From an uncultured Acidobacteriota bacterium (lineage in GTDB: Bacteria > Acidobacteriota > Thermoanaerobaculia > UBA5066 > Gp7-AA6): a stretch of DNA of 64,000 bases. Position 1 is the first letter of the stretch, and each line of letters opens with the position of its first letter. The position numbers and the translations under genes are program-made. Positions 58,831 to 64,000 of this stretch are shown piece by piece. Below the pieces are notes generated by a model. The model made no database searches and was not told the DNA's origin. It was given only the letters and a program-made list of their open reading frames with translations. The DNA is taken from positions 131,432 to 195,431 of the forward strand of contig CAWDUQ010000001.1 in NCBI GenBank assembly GCA_963805495.1. Reading direction: 5' to 3'.

Positions 58831-59271
58831 TTACGCGAACGGGTTCCTGACGGTCACGCCCTCGTAGGTCTGGCCGTCGCTCAACTCCTCGGACCAGAGC
58901 GTCCGGCATCCCATGCGGAGGGCGCTCTGCAGGATCATGGCGTCCCAGAACGCGACGTGCAGGCGGCGCTGAAGTTCGATGGCGGACAGCAGATCGCCGC
59001 GACCAGGCTCGTGGACGCGCCACTCGGCGAGCACGGAGGTTTCCGACGCCGCTTCCTCCGGCGTGAGCGCCGGTCGCAGCCGCGCGGTCGCGGTGACGTA
59101 GAACTCCTGGAGGACCTGGAGACTCAGGCAGCCGGTTCCGCCGGCCCAGAGCCGGTCGAGCAGCCGAAGCGCGAGCTCGCGTTTGCGGCCGGCGCTCCGA
59201 TCGTAGGAATAGACGAGTACGTTCGTATCGACGAACTCGGGCGTCCGGTCAGCGGCGCTCGTGGAGCTCAT
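58831..59271 (-). CDS. vapC: VapC PIN-domain toxin
   Basis: 146 aa; FVDTNVLVY...D...D PIN acidic residues. Confidence 0.8.
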   Translation of the reverse strand: MSSTSAADRTPEFVDTNVLVYSYDRSAGRKRELALRLLDRLWAGGTGCLSLQVLQEFYVTATARLRPALTPEEAASETSVLAEWRVHEPGRGDLLSAIELQRRLHVAFWDAMILQSALRMGCRTLWSEELSDGQTYEGVTVRNPFA

Positions 59272-59500
59272 CGCGGGTCCAGGGGATCTTGCCGCCGGTG
59301 CCGAGGTCCCGAGGGTTCTTCATGCTCTCGCGCCACCGCTCGTACGCCTGCTCGTAGGAGTCGTTGTGGCGCACGAGCTCCTCGAGCGCTTCGACGAGGA
59401 GCCGGGAAATGGAAGTCTCCTTCTCGACGGCGAGGTGTTTGACCCGGCGAAGGAGGGCCTTGGGCACGACGAGTGTGACGTTCTGGTTTTCCACGCCTCT
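59249..59500 (-). CDS. vapB: VapB-like RHH antitoxin (start uncertain)
   Basis: overlaps vapC start; VTLVVPKALLRRVKHLAVEKETSISRL. Confidence 0.5.
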   Translation of the reverse strand, partial: RGVENQNVTLVVPKALLRRVKHLAVEKETSISRLLVEALEELVRHNDSYEQAYERWRESMKNPRDLGTGGKIPWTRDELHERR

Positions 59501-59535
59501 ACCTTCTTTATGGGTGTTGTCGCGAGCGCCGGCCT

Positions 59536-59558
59536 TCACGTAAATAAGTGTAGCACGT
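59536..59558 (-). promoter_or_regulatory. direct repeat ACGTGAATACGTGAAC in AT-rich region upstream of vapBC
   Basis: candidate operator/promoter. Confidence 0.3.
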
Positions 59559-59599
59559 GAATACGTGAACAAATATCTAAATAACTGTCCGGTAAAGTC

Positions 59600-60220
59600 T
59601 TATGTCTTAGGAAGCTCGACCCAGGGGGCGATGGAGAGGGCGTTCATCACGATCTCGACGGAGAGGGCGGCGAGGATGAGGCCCATGACGCGAACGAGGA
59701 CGGAGGCGCCCTGGCGGCCGATGACCTTGAGGATCGCGTCCGACGCGAGGAGGAGTCCCCAGTTCAGGAGAAGGACGGCCACGAGCACCCCGGCCGTCAT
59801 CGCCTGCTGCGGCACGGTGTAGACGTCGTTGTCGGTCAGGAGGATGACCGCCATGATGGCGCCGGGTCCGGCGATCGAGGGCACCGCGAGCGGAAAGATG
59901 GCGATGTCGCGGTCTTCCTGGCCGGCCGGGCTCGGGGCGTCCGCCGAGCCGAAGAGCATCTGAAGAGCGAAGAGGAAGAGGATGATGCCGCCCGCGAGCT
60001 TGAGCGAGAGCAGATGGACGCCCATCGCGTCGAGCACGATCTGGCCGATGACGACCGCGCCCACGAGGATCATCGCCGCGTAGAGGGTCGCCCGGAGCGC
60101 GACGCGGCGCCGCTGCCCGCGATCGAGCGAGGCGGTCAGGCCGGCGAAGAGCGCGAGGGTGCCGATCGGATCGACGGTCGTCCAGATCAGCACGAAGTCG
60201 CGGATGAGTTTTTCGAGCAT
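59600..60220 (-). CDS. marC: MarC-family (UPF0056) membrane protein
   Basis: 206 aa multi-TM. Confidence 0.8.
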   Translation of the reverse strand: MLEKLIRDFVLIWTTVDPIGTLALFAGLTASLDRGQRRRVALRATLYAAMILVGAVVIGQIVLDAMGVHLLSLKLAGGIILFLFALQMLFGSADAPSPAGQEDRDIAIFPLAVPSIAGPGAIMAVILLTDNDVYTVPQQAMTAGVLVAVLLLNWGLLLASDAILKVIGRQGASVLVRVMGLILAALSVEIVMNALSIAPWVELPKT

Positions 60221-60259
60221 GGGCCGCTTGCGAGCGACTATACGACGGCGCGCGCGGCC

Positions 60260-62221
60260 TCAGTCGTAGACGCCGTCGGCAAACCAGGCGCCGTCGCGGC
60301 GGTCGCGGTAGACGCGGTAAAGGCCGCCGTCGGAAAGCTCCACGTCCCAGTAGTCGCGATCGGCGGGGGCCTCGGTCCACCAGCCGTCCTCGAGGGACCA
60401 CGGGCCCGAGGCGACGCGCACGGATCCGGAGACGGGCGGCGCCGCGTCGGGCGCGGATTTGATGGCGTATGGGCGACCGCTGCCAGGCCGTCGATCTTCC
60501 GCGCTCCCGTCGTAGGGGCGGCCTTTATGGCCGCCCTCATCCGCCACCGACGATGGAAGGGCGGGGACCAGCCCCGCCCCTACGACCGGGGGCGGAGGCG
60601 AGGTCAGCACTTCGAGCGCCACTGGCGGCCGCAGCACGCGCACCGACAGCAGCCCCCTGCCGTTTCTCGACGGCGAACGCAGCTTCGGCGGAGGGGGCGG
60701 CGTGTAGCCGGTCGAGGCGTAGCGCTCGGGGCGGTGACCGTCGACCGGGCGAGGCGAGCCGACGCGGTCGGCGCCGAGAAGAGCCGCGAGGCGAGCGATC
60801 GTCGTCGCGAGGCGGTCGGGCGAGAGGGCCGCGGGGCCGAAGAGGGAGAGCTGCGCGCGGCGCGGCGCGTCCGGATGCGCGGAGAAGACGAAGCCGGCAA
60901 CGGGTGCGCCGGGCGGGCGCGCTTCGAGCTCGAGGCGGACGAGGGTCAGGAGCGTCCTGGCGTCGCGGGTGGGGGCGGGCAGCGCGATCGCGCGCGCGTC
61001 GTGGCCGTCGGGGTCGAGCTTCAGCGTCACTTCCAGGCGCGTGCAGGAGAGGGCGCGGGACTCGAGCCGCGCGAGCAGGCGCTCGAGCGCGGCGTGCGCG
61101 AGAAAGAGGAAGGGCTCGAGGGTCGCGAGCGGCCACTCGAGGTCCATGCCCTCGGTGAAGGAGGGCGGCGGGACCCAGGGCTCGAGCGGCTGCGGGTCGA
61201 GACCGCGCGCGGACATGTGGAGGGCGCGGCCGATCTCGCCGAGACGGCTCGCGACTTCGCCCTCGGGCAGCTTCGCGAGCTCGCCGATCGTCGAGAGGCC
61301 CCAGCGGTCGAGGGTCGCGGCGATCTCGAGCTGCGGGGCGAGCTTCTCGAGCGGGAGCGGCGCGAGGAAGTCCGCCTCGGCGCCTCGGGCGACGACGGTC
61401 GGCGAGTCGGGAAGGCCCGCGGCGACATGGGCGGAGAGCTTCGAAGCCGCGACTCCCACCCGCGCCGGCAGTCCCGCCTTCTCCGCCGCGCGGATCATGT
61501 CCCGCGCGAGGTCTTTCACGGCGTCGCCCTGGTCGTAGGGGCGGCCCTTGTGGCCGCCCTGCATTTTCGCGCTCCCGTCGTAGGGGCGGCCCTTGTGGCC
61601 GCCCTCCTCCGCCACCGACGATGGGAGGGCGGGGACAAGCCCCGCCCCTACGACCGGGGCCTGCACCTCGCTCCCGCCGACGAACCCCGCCCCTGCGACC
61701 GCCTGAACATCGGCTCGGCTCCCGTCGTAGGGGCGGCCATTGTGGCCGCCCTGCATTTTCGCGCTCCCGTCGTAGGGGCGGCCCTTGTGGCCGCCCTCCT
61801 CCGCCACCGACGATGGGAGGGCGGGGACAAGCCCCGCCCCTACAACCGGGGGCCGGACCAGCTCGCCGACACGTGCGGGGCTCAGCCGCGCATGCCCCTC
61901 CAGGTCCACGTACGCCACGCCCTCCCCCGCGTCCTCGATGCGCGGCGAGAAGGATTCCGCGACCTCGAGCAGCGCCTCCGACGCGGCGCGCTCGCACTCG
62001 GCGTCGCGTCCGCGCGCGACGAGGCCGGGCATGCGCGCGCGCGCCTGGGGCAGCGTCATGCCGGGGACGATGCCGGCCCGGCGCGCCTTGCGCGTCGCGG
62101 CGACGACGCGCGCGGCGTTGCCGTTGCCCTCGAAGATCGCGACGGCCTCGCCCTTCAGCTCCGGCTCGCTCCGCAGCCGCGCCGCGAGCGGGAAGAGGGG
62201 GACGAAGAGGCAGGCGATCAT
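60260..62221 (-). CDS. imuB: ImuB-like Y-family polymerase paralog carrying in-frame hairpin-repeat insertions
   Basis: N-terminus MIACLFVPLFPLAA...AVAIFEG... typical of ImuB; repeated GHKGRPYDGS peptide units encoded by REP-like repeats. Confidence 0.7.
   Translation of the reverse strand: MIACLFVPLFPLAARLRSEPELKGEAVAIFEGNGNAARVVAATRKARRAGIVPGMTLPQARARMPGLVARGRDAECERAASEALLEVAESFSPRIEDAGEGVAYVDLEGHARLSPARVGELVRPPVVGAGLVPALPSSVAEEGGHKGRPYDGSAKMQGGHNGRPYDGSRADVQAVAGAGFVGGSEVQAPVVGAGLVPALPSSVAEEGGHKGRPYDGSAKMQGGHKGRPYDQGDAVKDLARDMIRAAEKAGLPARVGVAASKLSAHVAAGLPDSPTVVARGAEADFLAPLPLEKLAPQLEIAATLDRWGLSTIGELAKLPEGEVASRLGEIGRALHMSARGLDPQPLEPWVPPPSFTEGMDLEWPLATLEPFLFLAHAALERLLARLESRALSCTRLEVTLKLDPDGHDARAIALPAPTRDARTLLTLVRLELEARPPGAPVAGFVFSAHPDAPRRAQLSLFGPAALSPDRLATTIARLAALLGADRVGSPRPVDGHRPERYASTGYTPPPPPKLRSPSRNGRGLLSVRVLRPPVALEVLTSPPPPVVGAGLVPALPSSVADEGGHKGRPYDGSAEDRRPGSGRPYAIKSAPDAAPPVSGSVRVASGPWSLEDGWWTEAPADRDYWDVELSDGGLYRVYRDRRDGAWFADGVYD
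61530..61860. repeat. cluster of twin-hairpin REP-like repeats (GGGCGGCCCTTGTGGCCGCCC / GGGCGGGGACAAGCCCCGCCC); other copies 60509-60592, 62310-62392, partial 62413-62450
   Basis: each arm self-palindromic, arms mutually inverted. Confidence 0.8.
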
Positions 62222-63115
62222 CGGCGGATGCGCAGCGGAGCGGGGATGAGCGCGTTCTCGTCGCAGGGGCGACGCGCCGCCGGGGCCCGGTTACGCCCGG
62301 TCCGGCCCCCGTCGTAGGGGCGGCCCTTGTGGCCGCCCTCATCCGCCACCGACGATGGGCGGGCGGGGATGAACCCCGCCCCTACACCCGGGGGCCGGAT
62401 GCTGGGGGACGGACCGTGGCCGCCCTCATCCGCCACCGACAGCGCGAACGACTCTCCCATCCCCGTCCGCGCCCGCCCGTCCTTCTCGAGCGTCAGCCGC
62501 ACGACCACGCCTTCGAGCAGCCGCGGTGATTTTCCCGCTCCGCGCCAGATCGCGCGCGCGTTCTGTGCGGAGACGACCGACTCGGCGGCGACGCCGCTGA
62601 CGCGATAGGGCGCGAGCACGAGGAGCGCCGCTCGCCGGTCGCGGGCCGCGCGCGTCAGTCGCACCCACGCGGCGTCGGGCACGAAGCGGCCGCGCACGGG
62701 CGCAAGCCCCAGGTCGACGACGACGAGCGGGAAGCCCGCCGCGAGAAGCATCTCCGCGCTCGCGACGGCTTCCTTCAGCTTCGACGGCCGCACCCAGAGG
62801 AGACGCTCGAGCTCGACGCCGGCTTCCTCGGCCGACTGCGGATCGAGGTGACCGCCGAGATCGACGAGCGCCGCGGCTTCGCCGGCGGAGGTCATGGCGG
62901 CGAGCGACGCGATGCCGATCGAGAAGCGGCCGCACGAGCGCCGTCCCGAGATCTCCGTCAGCGCGCCGCGCGGGAGCCCGCCGGAGAGCAGCCGGTCGAG
63001 CACGGGGACTTTCGTCGCGAACGGGTTGCGCGCGTCGGAAAGCGACGGCAGCTCCGACGCGCGTGAAAGCCGGGCTCCCGATTCCTCCAGCAGCCGCTCG
63101 ATCGCCGCAGCGCCC
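62218..63115 (-). CDS. imuA: ImuA-like (RecA/SulA-fold) protein; C-terminal tail encoded by hairpin repeats
   Basis: LPSLSDARNPFATKVPVLDRLLSGGLPRGALTEISG motif; precedes imuB with 4-nt overlap. Confidence 0.6.
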
Positions 63116-63239
63116 ATGTCCGCCTCCCCGCTGTCGTAGAAGAGGAGACGATAGGCGTAAATAAGGCGTAACTCAAGTGGATAATTCAAATGTCATCTGA
63201 ACTTGTCTATAAGTAAAGTCAGCATTACATTACGTTGGT

Positions 63240-63461
63240 ATGAGGAACCGTCTGCGCGTCCTTCGAGCCGAAAAAGACTGGTCTCAGGCGGACCTCGCGG
63301 GGCGGCTCTCGGTCTCGCGCCAGGCCGTCAACGCGATCGAGACAGGACGCGCGAATCCCGGCCTGCCTCTCGCCTTCGACATCGCGAAGCTCTTCGACGC
63401 GCTGATCGAGGAGATTTTCATCCCCGACGGCGAGCCGCTTCCGCAGTCTTTCGGGACCTGA
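63240..63461 (+). CDS. XRE-family HTH transcriptional regulator
   Basis: 73 aa, Cro/C1 HTH; divergent from imuA. Confidence 0.75.
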   Translation: MRNRLRVLRAEKDWSQADLAGRLSVSRQAVNAIETGRANPGLPLAFDIAKLFDALIEEIFIPDGEPLPQSFGT

Positions 63462-63566
63462 GGTGACTCGACCCGGCCGGCTCTCCGTCTCGGCCTCGAC
63501 CGGTCACCCTTCATCCCGACTCGCGGCCGGCCCTCCTGACCGGTATCCTCTCGGCCAACTGGATCC

Positions 63567-64000
63567 ATGAATCTCTTCGTCAAGGGAATGATCGTGGGAT
63601 TTTGCCTGGCGGCGCCCGTCGGGCCGATCGCCGCGATCTGCGTGCAGCGCACGATCGCCAAGCGCTGGATCTCGGGCATCGTCTCGGGGCTCGGAGCGGC
63701 GGCGGCCGATGCCGTCTACGGCGCGGTCGCGGCCTTCGGCGCAACGATCGTCTCGGAGTTCCTGATCAGCGAGCACGCGTGGCTCCAGCGGGTGGGGGGG
63801 GTCATCCTGCTCGTCCTCGGGCTCCGCCTTCTCCTCATGCGGCCGATCGAGCGGGAGACCTCGAACGGAAACGGCGGCCGCGGCCTCGTCGGCGACTTCG
63901 CGTCGACCTTCGTGCTGACGCTGACCAACCCCATGACGTTCGTGGCGTTCGCCGCGATCTTCGCCACGATGGGAATCGGCGCCGTGCGTGGGGAGCCGAT
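63567..64000 (+). CDS. LysE/RhtB-family amino-acid exporter (partial, continues past window)
   Basis: N-terminal conserved LysE helices. Confidence 0.8.
   Translation, partial: MNLFVKGMIVGFCLAAPVGPIAAICVQRTIAKRWISGIVSGLGAAAADAVYGAVAAFGATIVSEFLISEHAWLQRVGGVILLVLGLRLLLMRPIERETSNGNGGRGLVGDFASTFVLTLTNPMTFVAFAAIFATMGIGAVRGEP

Noticed and set aside
60014-62342. Very long overlapping ORFs 60014..62317 (+, 767 aa) and 60537..62342 (-, 601 aa) and 59607..60401 (-) in the imuB/marC region
   Set aside because: They are Arg/Ala/Gly-rich alternative-frame translations of GC-rich coding DNA. The ImuB-like and MarC frames carry recognisable family motifs, so these are artefacts.

Overview
The window is dominated by a very large sedentary chromosomal integron. 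About 105 attC recombination sites punctuate positions 1-56,940. Most are 76 nt; a second length class is about 118 nt. All begin with the inverse core GCCTAAC and end with the core GTTAGGC, with imperfect inner inverted repeats and a variable centre, and they delimit more than 100 gene cassettes. The integron integrase gene intI lies at 57015-58211 on the minus strand, co-directional with almost all cassette ORFs. A putative attI sits downstream of the intI stop codon (about 56934-57014). This is an 'inverted intI' architecture, and the array continues past the left edge of the window. The cassettes encode small secreted, lipoprotein or membrane proteins. There are many toxin-antitoxin pairs: mazEF (two identical copies), relBE-like, parDE-like, brnTA, higBA-like, and DUF4160/DUF2442 pairs (three copies). 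Other cassette genes include a PhoD phosphatase, an SDR oxidoreductase, an alpha/beta hydrolase, an AAC(6')-like GNAT, an ArsR+SRPBCC pair, a thioesterase (two copies), a CPBP protease and a TonB-C protein. The most unusual content is the massive amplification of short cassettes with no convincing ORF: family A (about 365 bp body plus the long attC, 12 copies), family B (about 215 bp, 21 copies) and family C (4 copies). To the right of intI are two TA operons (parE-like and vapBC), marC, and an imuA-imuB error-prone-polymerase module whose reading frames contain in-frame twin-hairpin REP-like repeats. An XRE regulator and a partial LysE exporter follow. GC content is about 67%. attC coordinates are accurate to about +/-2 nt. 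Many ORF-track entries are translations of attC sites (the ...PPNPRVQRTRS...SPLTRHPLGG... motif) and are not genes.
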